Shown in pieces: positions 1 through 8,411 of a DNA stretch of 64,000 bases. A program made the translations under genes and the position numbers. The stretch comes from an uncultured Gemmatimonadales bacterium. GTDB taxonomy: Bacteria; Gemmatimonadota; Gemmatimonadetes; Longimicrobiales; RSA9. The stretch lies in assembly GCA_963783305.1 (NCBI GenBank), contig CAWAMW010000016.1, forward strand, positions 96,001-160,000, read 5' to 3'. A model generated the notes under the pieces. It ran no database searches, was not told the origin of the DNA, and saw only the letters and a list, made by a program, of their open reading frames with translations. Numbering within the stretch: position 1 is the first letter of the stretch; every line of letters starts with the position of its first letter.

Positions 1-700
1 GCTCGCCGCGCGTGGGTCCGTTCGGGGCCGCCAGCCGCTCCAGCATCACGTTGGTGAGGATGTCCGGGTGGGTGCCGAAGCCGAGCCCCTCGAAGCGGGC
101 CGCGTCCGGCGGGTTCCAGCCGGTCGCCCAGACCACCGCACCCACGTCCAGCTCCTCGGTCTCCTCGGCCATGCCCAGGTCGATGGCGTCGAAGGGGCAG
201 GCGGGGAGGCACTTGCCGCAGCTCTCGCCAGGGCAGACGCTGCCATCGATCGCGAAGCGGAAGGGGTAGGCCATCTCGAACGGCAGGTACGCCGCACTCG
301 TGGTCGTCATCCCGAGGTTGTAGGCATCGGGCCGTTCCACCGGGCATACGTCCGCGCAGGCGCCGCACGCCGTGCAGCTCTCGCGCACGAAACGCGGGCT
401 CTTCCGGATCGTGGCCCGATAATGGCCCGGGTCGCCGGTGATGCTCTCCACCTCCGCCAGCGTGAGGACCCGGATCCGCGGGCTGGTCTTGATCCGGCGC
501 ACGTTGATCTCGAGACCGCACGTGGGGGGGCACAACTTGGGGAAGTACTCGTTCAGCGCGGCGACCCGCCCGCCCAGATACGCGGCCTTCTCCACCAGCA
601 CGACCTCCGCACCGGCCTCCGAGGCCTCGACCGCCGCAGTGATCCCACTGATCCCGCCGCCCACCACCAGCAGCCGCGGCCCCGCTCCCCGCGCCGTCAC
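1..700 (-). CDS. qmoA: QmoA (HdrA-like FAD/Fe-S subunit of the quinone-interacting membrane oxidoreductase), 3' end outside the window
   Basis: Not in the ORF track. Manual translation from GTG at 700 gives MTARGAGPRLLVVGGGISGITAAVEASEAGAEVVLVEKAAYLGGRVAALNEYFPKLCPPTCGLEIN, a ferredoxin insert (CTACGACADVCP...CGKCLPACPFDAI) and VVWATGW. The start overlaps the upstream stop (GTGA) and the gene lies downstream of aprBA. Confidence 0.9.
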   Translation of the reverse strand, partial: MTARGAGPRLLVVGGGISGITAAVEASEAGAEVVLVEKAAYLGGRVAALNEYFPKLCPPTCGLEINVRRIKTSPRIRVLTLAEVESITGDPGHYRATIRKSPRFVRESCTACGACADVCPVERPDAYNLGMTTTSAAYLPFEMAYPFRFAIDGSVCPGESCGKCLPACPFDAIDLGMAEETEELDVGAVVWATGWNPPDAARFEGLGFGTHPDILTNVMLERLAAPNGPTRGE

Positions 701-1615
701 GGCGCGCCACCCGGGACCACCTCGGAGTCCGCGGCCGTGCGGGCCCCGCGACCCCGCTTCTCGATGATCCGCTTCTCCAGCCGCTCCTGCACTTCCGCCA
801 CCGCGTCCTCGCGCAGCTTCATGGTGGCCTCCCGGAACAGCGCGAAGCGCAGCCAGAGGAAGCCGAAGCGCAGCAGCGCCTCGTCGCTCTGCCGCATCTC
901 GTCCACCAGGTCCTCGTCCACATCGAACTTCCGCAGCAGCGAGCTCTCGAAGACGAAGGTGCGGAATCCGTCGAGGTCGTACATGGCCCGGAAGAACATC
1001 TCGAGACGCTCCGGCGAGAGCACGCCGCCGTTCTCGAAGAACTCGTGCAGCGTCAGCTCCTTGTACGCCTCACCCCAGCGGTCGTACTCCTCCACGCCCT
1101 GGGCGTCCATCCACTCGCCGACGGTCCATTCGCTGGCCTCATCGAACCCGCGGCAGCCTTCCTCCTCCAGCAGGAAGTAGAAGCGCTCGCCGCGCCAGCC
1201 GTCGGCCGTGTCGCGCGCGGCGGCCAGGCCCAGCGGGTACATGCGGCAGGGCCACGGGCGGTCCTCGTAGATCCCGCAGCCGGCGGCGGTGACGAAGGGG
1301 CAGCTGCGGGTCTCGTCGTCGTTCATCCGCAGCACCACGACCGGCGTCGTCATGTCCTTCTGGACGGGGAGGAGCGTGTGACGGTCGAGGAACTCGGCCG
1401 ATCCCAGCCCCAGCCGCCGCCTCATGCGGAGCACGTCGTACGGGGAGAGGAAGATGTTGACGTCGCTGCAGCACTTGTTGAAGCAGGATATGCCGGGGTG
1501 ACAGCCGAAGCGGAAGGTGTCGGTCCGGTCCCAGGCGCGGTCGGTCCTGGAGGATCCGCTCCTCCAGCGTGCCCGTGGCCGCGCCCGACGGGGCGGGGGA
1601 GGTGGCGTCGCTCAT
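697..1615 (-). pseudogene. YkgJ-family (Fe-S/zinc cysteine-cluster) protein split by a +1 frameshift at ~1522
   Basis: The N-terminus MSDATSP...RLGPD (ATG 1615) switches frame to DTFRFGCHPGISCFNKCCSDVNIFLSPYDVLRM...CPFV...GCGIYEDRPWPCRMYP. Removing one G of the GG at 1522-1523 gives one continuous ORF. A sequencing error is possible. Confidence 0.75.
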
Positions 1616-1908
1616 GGCTGCTCCTCGTCGTCGTCCACGATCATCTCGCGCGTGGCCTGCGCCGACCAGACCGGGACCATGATCCCGGCGTTCTGGCCCG
1701 GGTTCCAGGCGTAGCGGTAGGAAGCGTTCTGCTGGTACTGCTCCCGCATCCAGTTCCAGCCCTGGACGAAGTAGGGGCAGTCATCGTCGAAGCAGACCCG
1801 GAAGAACTCGTCGTTCCAGCTGGTGCCGTCCGGCACCCGCCAGGTCCGCAGGAGTGACCCGCAGTGCGGGCAGATCGTCTGACGGTCCTCGATTACAGCG
1901 TCCATCAC
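1612..1908 (-). CDS. Small Cys-rich (zinc-ribbon-like) protein of unknown function
   Basis: 98-aa ORF with CPHC and CFDDDC motifs and an aromatic-rich core. Its stop overlaps the next start (ATGA) and it sits inside the apr-qmo unit. Confidence 0.75.
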   Translation of the reverse strand: MMDAVIEDRQTICPHCGSLLRTWRVPDGTSWNDEFFRVCFDDDCPYFVQGWNWMREQYQQNASYRYAWNPGQNAGIMVPVWSAQATREMIVDDDEEQP

Positions 1909-1985
1909 AGTGCCCCCCGATCAGCGGGGCGGGCGGCCCCTGGCGGCGACGTCGCCACCCGGAGCGCCTCGTCCCTCCAGCGCTC

Positions 1986-2030
1986 TACAAACCGACGGGG
2001 ACGCGCACCGCAGCGCGCGCCCCCGACGGG
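1986..2030 (-). terminator. GC-rich stem-loop after aprA (intrinsic terminator or mRNA-stabilising hairpin)
   Basis: Minus strand CCGTCGGGGGCGCGC-loop-GCGCGTCCCCGTCGG followed by TTTGT, immediately after the aprA stop. Confidence 0.5.
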
Positions 2031-2031
2031 C

Positions 2032-3951
2032 TCAGTGTGCCGCCACCAGCTTCGGTGACTCCATCGTGATGTACTTCACCGGGCGCTTGATCATCTGCCA
2101 GGTGTTCGACGCCTGATCGAACCTGCAGTTGCAGAAGGCCAACCAGTTGTCGTTGTCCATGTGCGGCTTGTCCGCACGGAAGTAGTAGCCAGGCCAGCGC
2201 GTCTCCTCCCGGAACAGCATGGACCGCACGTGCGCTTCGCCCTGGTACATCCGGTGCACCGCCTCCCACGCCCGCATCAGCTCGTGCAGGCTCTCGGCGC
2301 CCAGGCTCTCCGCGTCCTCCTTCAGGAAGTCGATGAGCTCCAGCCCCTTCTCCATCAGCTTGTCGTTCGTCTTGAACTGCGACGACACGCCGCCCGCATA
2401 CTCGTCCATGATCTTCTGCAGCCGATACATGAACTGCTGCGGCCGGATGTAGCTGGGGTTGATGTCCGGGTCCGTGGTCTCGTTCTTGTGCTCCTCGAAC
2501 GTGGCCAGCGGCTTGAGGACCTTCGCCCGGAGCAGCTCCACCTGCGCCTCATCGACGACCGGCGCCTCGTTGTGGTCCAGGATGTAGGAGAGCGCCGCCT
2601 TGCCGGCGATCCGTCCCTCCGTGAAGGAGCCGGACGAGAACTTGTGGCTGGAGGCGCCCGTGGCGTCGCCGGCGGCGAACAGCCCGTCCACCGTCGTCAT
2701 CCCCGGATAGCCCCAGAAGTACTCATCCTTCGTCTCGTCGGTCTGCAGGTCCTCCGGACCGGAGACCCACGCGCCCGAAGCGCCCGAGTGCGAGCCGATG
2801 AAGTACGGATCGCACGCCATGATCTCCGACGGCTTCTTGTCCGGCTCGGTGTTGTTCGCCGCCCAGAGGATCGCCTGGGAGATCGTCATGTCGAGGAAAT
2901 CCTCCCACGCCTCGGCCTCGAGCTCCTTCAGCTTCTTTTTGGCTTCCTTCTCGTCCCCCGCCTCATCCGCGATCCGCTTGATGGCATCGGCCGTCTGCAT
3001 GTAGATCGGGCTCTTGCCATCCATGACATCCAGCATCATCAGCCAGTTGCGGATGTTCGCCGGACGCGGCTTCACCTTCCCGTACGGCTCCCACTTGTCG
3101 AGCTCGTACTCGTTGTCCTTCATGTAGTTGCCGCCGTACGCGTTCGTGGCCATCGCCTTGAACAGCAGGAACCACGCGCCCACCGGGCCGTACGCGTCCT
3201 TGAAGCGCACCGGGATGAACCGCACCTCCTGGCACGTCATCTCCGCACCCGCGTACAGCGTGAAGAACGCGCTCGCCCCGGAGTTGAACGGCGGATACCA
3301 CGACCGACCGAACCCCTCGCCCGTCGAACGCGGCTTGAACACGTGCACCGCGCCGCCCATGGCAGCCATCACCGCCTTCGCGCGGAACACGTACACCTTG
3401 TTCTCACGCACGCTGAAGCCGATGGCGCCCACGCACTTGTTCCCGTTCATCAGCGGATGCGTGATGAAGACGCGCTCGAAGTACTCACCCTTCGCCTTCG
3501 CCAGCGCGTTCTTCGCCGCCTCCGCCACGATCACCTTGTACGACTCGCCGTTGATCATCAGCTGCCAACGGCCCTCGTGGACGTAGCTGCCCTCCTGGTC
3601 CTTCCAGATCGGCAGACCCCACTTCTCGAACAGGTGCACCGTGTTGTCCACGTGGCGCGCGATGTTCGCCACCAGGTCCTCGCGCGTGATCCCCATCAGG
3701 TCGTTGCGCACGTAGTCGCAATAGTCCTTCAGGGTGTTCTTCCCGCTGTTCAGGTCCACGTACTGGTTGATCGCGGACAGCCCCATGGCCACCGCGCCCG
3801 ACCGGTCCATGGCCGCCTTGTCCACCACTGTCACCTTCAGCCCGTGCTCGCGCGCCCAGTACGATGCCTCCACCGCCGCGCCGCACGCAGCCATACCGCC
3901 CCCGCAGATAAGCAGGTCGGTATCGACCACTACAGTCTCGAAGTCCATCAT
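2032..3951 (-). CDS. aprA: Adenylylsulfate (APS) reductase alpha subunit
   Basis: TDLLICGGGMAACGAA FAD motif plus RSGAVAMGLSAIN, WQLMINGESYK, RFIPVRFKDAYGPVGAWFL, HKFSSGSFTEGRIA and REETRWPGYY, all AprA signatures. Confidence 0.98.
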   Translation of the reverse strand: MMDFETVVVDTDLLICGGGMAACGAAVEASYWAREHGLKVTVVDKAAMDRSGAVAMGLSAINQYVDLNSGKNTLKDYCDYVRNDLMGITREDLVANIARHVDNTVHLFEKWGLPIWKDQEGSYVHEGRWQLMINGESYKVIVAEAAKNALAKAKGEYFERVFITHPLMNGNKCVGAIGFSVRENKVYVFRAKAVMAAMGGAVHVFKPRSTGEGFGRSWYPPFNSGASAFFTLYAGAEMTCQEVRFIPVRFKDAYGPVGAWFLLFKAMATNAYGGNYMKDNEYELDKWEPYGKVKPRPANIRNWLMMLDVMDGKSPIYMQTADAIKRIADEAGDEKEAKKKLKELEAEAWEDFLDMTISQAILWAANNTEPDKKPSEIMACDPYFIGSHSGASGAWVSGPEDLQTDETKDEYFWGYPGMTTVDGLFAAGDATGASSHKFSSGSFTEGRIAGKAALSYILDHNEAPVVDEAQVELLRAKVLKPLATFEEHKNETTDPDINPSYIRPQQFMYRLQKIMDEYAGGVSSQFKTNDKLMEKGLELIDFLKEDAESLGAESLHELMRAWEAVHRMYQGEAHVRSMLFREETRWPGYYFRADKPHMDNDNWLAFCNCRFDQASNTWQMIKRPVKYITMESPKLVAAH

Positions 3952-4000
3952 GTGTCCTTTCTCCTCGCGATGACTCGCGCCGTGTTGGTACCGTTCCCGG

Positions 4001-4468
4001 TTACAGCGTGGGGACCTTGTCGAACTTCAGCGGACCCCGCTCCGTATTCAGTCCTTCCGGCTCCGACATGAGTGTCGAACTCCTGATGTCATTGTCCGCC
4101 GTCGAGTAGTGTCCAAAGGGGTCCGCCTGTCCCTCGGCCACGCCCCGCCGGGTCGGGAACTTGAAACGCTTCGGACGGATCTGACTGTCCCGGAACTGCA
4201 CCGTCCACATGATGTCCTCGCTGCTCCGCATGGCCGTCACCTTCGCCCCCATCGGCACGAAGTCGGCATAGCCACGCACCTCGATCGCCTGGTTCGGGCA
4301 GATCTTCACGCAGCTGTAGCACTCCCAGCACATCTGCGGGTCCTGGTTGTACGCCTTCATGGTGTCCTTGTTGAGCACCATGAGATCGTTTGGACAGATG
4401 TACTGGCAGGCCGTCTTATCCAGCGCCTTGCACCCGTCACACTTGTCCGGGATCACGTAGCTCGGCAT
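4001..4468 (-). CDS. aprB: APS reductase beta subunit (2x[4Fe-4S])
   Basis: MPSYVIPDKCDGCKALDKTACQYICPNDLM...CWECYSCVKICP...RGYADFVPMG. ATG at 4468 has a GGAAAGGA RBS and the gene is directly upstream of aprA. Confidence 0.97.
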   Translation of the reverse strand: MPSYVIPDKCDGCKALDKTACQYICPNDLMVLNKDTMKAYNQDPQMCWECYSCVKICPNQAIEVRGYADFVPMGAKVTAMRSSEDIMWTVQFRDSQIRPKRFKFPTRRGVAEGQADPFGHYSTADNDIRSSTLMSEPEGLNTERGPLKFDKVPTL

Positions 4469-4515
4469 CCGTCTTTTCCTTTCCGCGCCGTGCGCGTCTT
4501 CGCAGGGGGTCCGAA

Positions 4516-4533
4516 TTGTGAATTTCTTCACGA
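4516..4533. promoter_or_regulatory. Rex operator upstream of aprB
   Basis: TTGTGAA-TTTC-TTCACGA against the Rex consensus TTGTGAA-N4-TTCACAA; rex is the adjacent gene. Confidence 0.85.
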
Positions 4534-4619
4534 TTTCGACCGCGGGCTTCCTCCCATCAGTCCTAGGGCGTCAGCGGCAGATCCGGCTAGCAGGGTCCAG
4601 GAGGGTCGCGCCGCCTAAT

Positions 4620-4637
4620 TCGGGACAGAATTCACGA
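4620..4637. promoter_or_regulatory. Second, weaker Rex-like site in the apr promoter region
   Basis: TCGGGAC-AGAA-TTCACGA, just downstream of a minus-strand TTGACA at 4665-4670. Confidence 0.5.
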
Positions 4638-4641
4638 TTGC

Positions 4642-4670
4642 TCATTAAGCCCCCCGCGCCGCCCTGTCAA
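4642..4670 (-). promoter_or_regulatory. Putative sigma70 promoter of aprBA
   Basis: Perfect -35 TTGACA (4670-4665), 17-nt spacer, weak -10 TAATGA. Confidence 0.45.
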
Positions 4671-4679
4671 GGATTTTTG

Positions 4680-4693
4680 TTGACGTATGTTAA
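4680..4693. promoter_or_regulatory. FNR/CRP-family-like box
   Basis: TTGAC-GTAT-GTTAA; a near-identical copy is at 5646-5659. Confidence 0.45.
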
Positions 4694-4775
4694 ACATCAT
4701 GCGTGGGTGGGGAAATACGGCGGTGTATCACGCTGTCAGGCAACGACTTGAGAGACGTCTGGGGGTGGGGGAGTG

Positions 4776-5510
4776 TTACGCTCCGTGGAGGGAGGCACTG
4801 GCTGCGCCAACTGTTTCCGAAGTCGCTCCGGCCCCGGATTCACCGACGTTCAGGTCGGCCTCTTCGGACCCCTCCGGGGCCGCCTCGCTCTGCGTCCGCA
4901 GGTGGTAGGAGATCTCGGCCAGCCCGACGGAGATATGCTCGTTGCGAACGAGAACGGAGCTGGGGACGGTGAGGCGGACGGGGCTGAAGTTCCAGATCGC
5001 CCTGACCCCGCCGAGGACCACCAGGTCGGCCACCCCCTGGGTGACGGGGCCGGGGGTGGTGAGCACGGCGAGGGGAATACGGTGCTCCTGGATGTACGGC
5101 TTTAGCTGGTGGACCGACTGGATGGTCAGACCGCCTTCCCGGTCGCCCACCACCCCGAGGTCGCTGTCGAAGGCCGCCACGATATTCAGCCCGAACCGCT
5201 CGAAGCCCTCGTAGTTGAGAATGGCCGCGCCCAGGTGGCCGGTCCCCACCAGTACCGCCCGGTACGACTCGTCGAAGCCGAGCTCCCGCCGGATGGTCCG
5301 GCAGACCTCGCACACGTCGTAACCCACCCGGCTCATCCCCGAGAGTCCGACGGCGGCGAAGTCCTTCCGCACCTGGCTGGCGTCCACGTCGAGGAACCTG
5401 CCCAGCTCGGCGCTCGTGATCGTCTCCACCGGTCGCCTTGCCGTGAGATCCGCAAGGTGCCGGTAGTAGCGGATCAGCCGATCGAGAACCACACGACGCA
5501 TAAATGCCAC
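4776..5510 (-). CDS. rex: Redox-sensing transcriptional repressor Rex
   Basis: Winged-helix N-terminus (RLIRYYRHL...ITSAELG...ASQVRKDF...GY), Rossmann VLVGTGHLGAA, NIVAAFD and AIWNFSPV. Confidence 0.95.
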   Translation of the reverse strand: MAFMRRVVLDRLIRYYRHLADLTARRPVETITSAELGRFLDVDASQVRKDFAAVGLSGMSRVGYDVCEVCRTIRRELGFDESYRAVLVGTGHLGAAILNYEGFERFGLNIVAAFDSDLGVVGDREGGLTIQSVHQLKPYIQEHRIPLAVLTTPGPVTQGVADLVVLGGVRAIWNFSPVRLTVPSSVLVRNEHISVGLAEISYHLRTQSEAAPEGSEEADLNVGESGAGATSETVGAASASLHGA

Positions 5511-5645
5511 CCAGCCCCTTCATGACGAAAGCCCGCACGGCATGGGTTCTTTCAAAACCACGCCCGTCCCGCGCAATCCTCGCCATCGGGGGGGCCGCGG
5601 TCAAGTGTATTGCAGCGCGCGGGGAGCGGGGCGCGGGGAAAAAGC

Positions 5646-5659
5646 TTGACGTGGGTTAA
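5646..5659. promoter_or_regulatory. FNR/CRP-family-like box in the rex/dsrM divergent region
   Basis: TTGAC-GTGG-GTTAA, matching 4680-4693 at 12 of 14 positions. Confidence 0.45.
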
Positions 5660-5679
5660 GCATTGACGTACAGGTGCAT

Positions 5680-5697
5680 TCGTGAAACATGCCACAA
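5680..5697. promoter_or_regulatory. Rex-like operator upstream of the dsrMK-like genes
   Basis: TCGTGAA-ACAT-GCCACAA, about 60 bp before the ATG at 5758. Confidence 0.6.
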
Positions 5698-5757
5698 TTG
5701 ACCGGCTGGGGGCGGTGCGGTGCGGCTGGGTGTCGACGCCTTTCGGAAGAGGTGGAT

Positions 5758-6666
5758 ATGTGGGGACCGGTACTGCTGGCCGCGTGCTACGGGCTGCTCG
5801 GGGTGTTCGTGGTGGGGTTCATCGTGCGTGCGGTGCGAATTGCGCGGCTGCCGGTGCACCTGCGGTGGGAGCTTGCGCCGGTGCCGAAGGAGAAGGGGCG
5901 AGGTCGGTATGGGGGATCGTACCTGGAGGAGTACGAGTGGTGGAAGAAGCCGCGGGAGGAGTCGCGGCTGAGTGAGCTGGTGTACATGGGTCGGGAGATC
6001 CTGCTGTTGAAGGCACTGCGGGAGCATAACCGTGCGCTGTGGTGGGTCTCCTTTCCGTTCCACTGGGGTCTCTACCTGCTGCTGGGTGCGACGGGCCTGG
6101 CGGTGTTGGCGGGGCTGCTGGGGCTGGCGGGGACCGGCGGAGCGGCGGGTCCCGTGGTGGCCGCGCTGGGTCCGGTGGCCATGGCCGGATACGCGCTTGG
6201 GATGGTGGGTGCCGTGGGGCTTCTGATCCGGCGCATGACGGTGCGGGCTCTCCGCATGATGACGACGCGCGTGGCCTACCTGAACCTGGTCCTGCTGGGG
6301 ATCGTCTTCGGCACGGGGTTGTGGGGGGCGGCGACGGTGCCGGCGTACGGGGAACGGATGCTGGAGCTGGGCGGGTCACTGCTCCGGGCGGACGCCGGTG
6401 GAGTCCCCGTAGCGTTGGCCGCGCACCTGATGGCGACGCTGGTGTTCCTGGCCTATCTGCCGTTCAGCCAGATGATGCACTTCGTGGCGAAGTACTTCAC
6501 GTACCACCAGGTCCGGTGGGACGACGAGCCGCTGGTACGTGGGGGCGCACTGGAGCGTGAAGTGGTGGAGCTCCTCCAGCAGCCGGTGACGTGGGCTGGA
6601 GCGCACGTGGGGGCGGACGGAACACGGAACTGGGTGGACATCGCGACCCGGGAGGTGGGACAATGA
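5758..6666 (+). CDS. dsrM: DsrM-like NarI-family membrane cytochrome b
   Basis: Multiple TM segments, HLRWELAPVP...YGGSYLEEYEWW, and His ligands in FPFHWG, LAAHL and PFSQMMHF. GAGG RBS before ATG 5758; coupled to the downstream Fe-S gene. Confidence 0.75.
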   Translation: MWGPVLLAACYGLLGVFVVGFIVRAVRIARLPVHLRWELAPVPKEKGRGRYGGSYLEEYEWWKKPREESRLSELVYMGREILLLKALREHNRALWWVSFPFHWGLYLLLGATGLAVLAGLLGLAGTGGAAGPVVAALGPVAMAGYALGMVGAVGLLIRRMTVRALRMMTTRVAYLNLVLLGIVFGTGLWGAATVPAYGERMLELGGSLLRADAGGVPVALAAHLMATLVFLAYLPFSQMMHFVAKYFTYHQVRWDDEPLVRGGALEREVVELLQQPVTWAGAHVGADGTRNWVDIATREVGQ

Positions 6667-8411
6667 GCGGCGTGGTGAGTGCAGGGAACGGTGGCACAGC
6701 CGGCGTCACCAGGGAGGCACCGCCCGCGCCGCCGGCGGAGGAGCCGGCCGGGGACCGCGTCCCGTCCGAAGCGCCGCCCCATCCGCCTCGGCGCCGGAGC
6801 CATCCGGCCCCTGTGGACCTGCGTGCGATAAGCCGCAACGAGCGGGACGTACTCTCGCCAGTATCGGTCGAGCACCTGGTGCCGCTGCCGCCGCCGTATG
6901 ACCGGATGGAGGACGAGCCGACGTGGAAGGAGCTGAAGCCTGAAGCTCTGGAGAGGATGGTCTGCAACCTGGATGGCGTGGTGGCTTTGAGCCTCCCCTG
7001 GCCGGAGACCGAGGCGGAGAAGCAGGCCTGCGTGGACCGCTTTGAGGCGGGGCTGAAGAAGCTGTTCACCCGCGAGAACAACTGGACGTTCCTGCAGCCG
7101 CTCACCCTCTCCATGGACTACTGCGTGGCGTGCCAGACGTGCAGTGACGCGTGTCCGGTCTACGAGATGAGCGGCGGAAACGACATCTATCGTCCGACGT
7201 ACCGGTCGGAGGTGCTCCGGCGCCTGGCGCGGAAGTACGTGCGGCCCGGGGGGAAGGTGTTGTCGCGGCTGAAGGGGGAGGACATCGAGCTGAACTGGGC
7301 GACCGTGACGCGCCTCTACGAGCTCGCGTACCGGTGTACGATGTGCCGGCGGTGCGCGCAGGCGTGCCCCATCGGCGTGGACAACGGGCTGATCACGCAC
7401 GAGCTGCGGAAGCTCTTCAGCCAGGAGCTGGGGTGGTCGCCGAAGGAGTTGCACGAGAAAGGCACGGTGCTCCAGCTGGAGGTGGGGAGCTCCACGGGGA
7501 TGAACCCGGTGGTGGTGCGGGACAACATCGAGTTCATCGACGAGGACACCACCGAGGAGACGGGGATCGAGGTGAAGACCCCGTTCGACGTCGAGGACGC
7601 GGATGTCCTGCTGATCCACAACGCCGGGGAGATCCTGGCGTGGCCGGAGAACCCGGCGGCGTTCGCCATCCTGCTGAACGCCGCGGGGATCGAATGGACG
7701 CTGTCGTCGGACGAGGTGGCGTACGACGGGGTCAACTACGGCCTTTTCTACGACGACGTGCAGCTGGCGCGCATCGCGCTGCGGCACGCGTCCACCGCCC
7801 GCAAGCTCCGGGTGAACCGGATCGTCATGGGCGAGTGTGGCCATCAGCACAAGGCGCTGATCACCATCGCGGACCGGGTCCTGACCGGGGAGATGTCGGT
7901 GCCCCGCGAGAGCTGCATGCCGCTCCTGGAGGAGATCGTCTTCAGCGGCCGGATCGAGTTCGATCCCTCCAAGAACGACTTCCCGGTGACGCTCCACGAC
8001 CCGTGCAACATCGTGCGGAACCTGGGCATCGTCGAGCCGCAGCGCCGCATCCTCCGCTACCTGTGTCCGCAGTTCCGGGAGATGACGCCCCATGGCGTGG
8101 ACAACTACTGCTGCGGCGGCGGCAGCGGGTTCGCCGTGATGTCGCCCAACAACTTCACCGACTGGCGGGTGAGCGTGGGCGGGCGGAAGAAGTTCCGGCA
8201 GGTGCTGGACGCGTTCGCGGATCGGCCGGAGCCGGAGGTGAAGAAGTACCTGTGCGCCCCATGCTCGAACTGCAAGGGCCAGATCCGCGACATGCTCGAG
8301 TACTACGGCGCGCTGGAGAAGAGCGGGATCACCTATGGCGGGCTCGTGGAGCTGATCGTGAACGCCATGGTCGACGTGAAGGAGCCGTTCATCAAATGGG
8401 AGCAGCACTAG
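6663..8411 (+). CDS. dsrK: DsrK-like (HdrD-related) Fe-S heterodisulfide oxidoreductase subunit
   Basis: CVACQTCSDAC, CTMCRRCAQAC, GECGH, TLHDPCN, NYCCGGGSG and APCSNCKGQ; ATGA overlap with the dsrM-like gene. Confidence 0.8.
   Translation: MSGVVSAGNGGTAGVTREAPPAPPAEEPAGDRVPSEAPPHPPRRRSHPAPVDLRAISRNERDVLSPVSVEHLVPLPPPYDRMEDEPTWKELKPEALERMVCNLDGVVALSLPWPETEAEKQACVDRFEAGLKKLFTRENNWTFLQPLTLSMDYCVACQTCSDACPVYEMSGGNDIYRPTYRSEVLRRLARKYVRPGGKVLSRLKGEDIELNWATVTRLYELAYRCTMCRRCAQACPIGVDNGLITHELRKLFSQELGWSPKELHEKGTVLQLEVGSSTGMNPVVVRDNIEFIDEDTTEETGIEVKTPFDVEDADVLLIHNAGEILAWPENPAAFAILLNAAGIEWTLSSDEVAYDGVNYGLFYDDVQLARIALRHASTARKLRVNRIVMGECGHQHKALITIADRVLTGEMSVPRESCMPLLEEIVFSGRIEFDPSKNDFPVTLHDPCNIVRNLGIVEPQRRILRYLCPQFREMTPHGVDNYCCGGGSGFAVMSPNNFTDWRVSVGGRKKFRQVLDAFADRPEPEVKKYLCAPCSNCKGQIRDMLEYYGALEKSGITYGGLVELIVNAMVDVKEPFIKWEQH

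Noticed and set aside
2161..4071. Long antisense or alternate-frame ORFs (e.g. 2161-4071, 10499-12634, 45375-47573, 48954-50993)
   Set aside because: They shadow well-supported genes, have no motifs, and are expected from stop-codon scarcity in high-GC DNA.
7151..8395. Apparent 415-aa N-terminal extension of the sigma54 activator
   Set aside because: It overlaps dsrK in another frame and is Arg/Gly low-complexity; the real start is near 8396.
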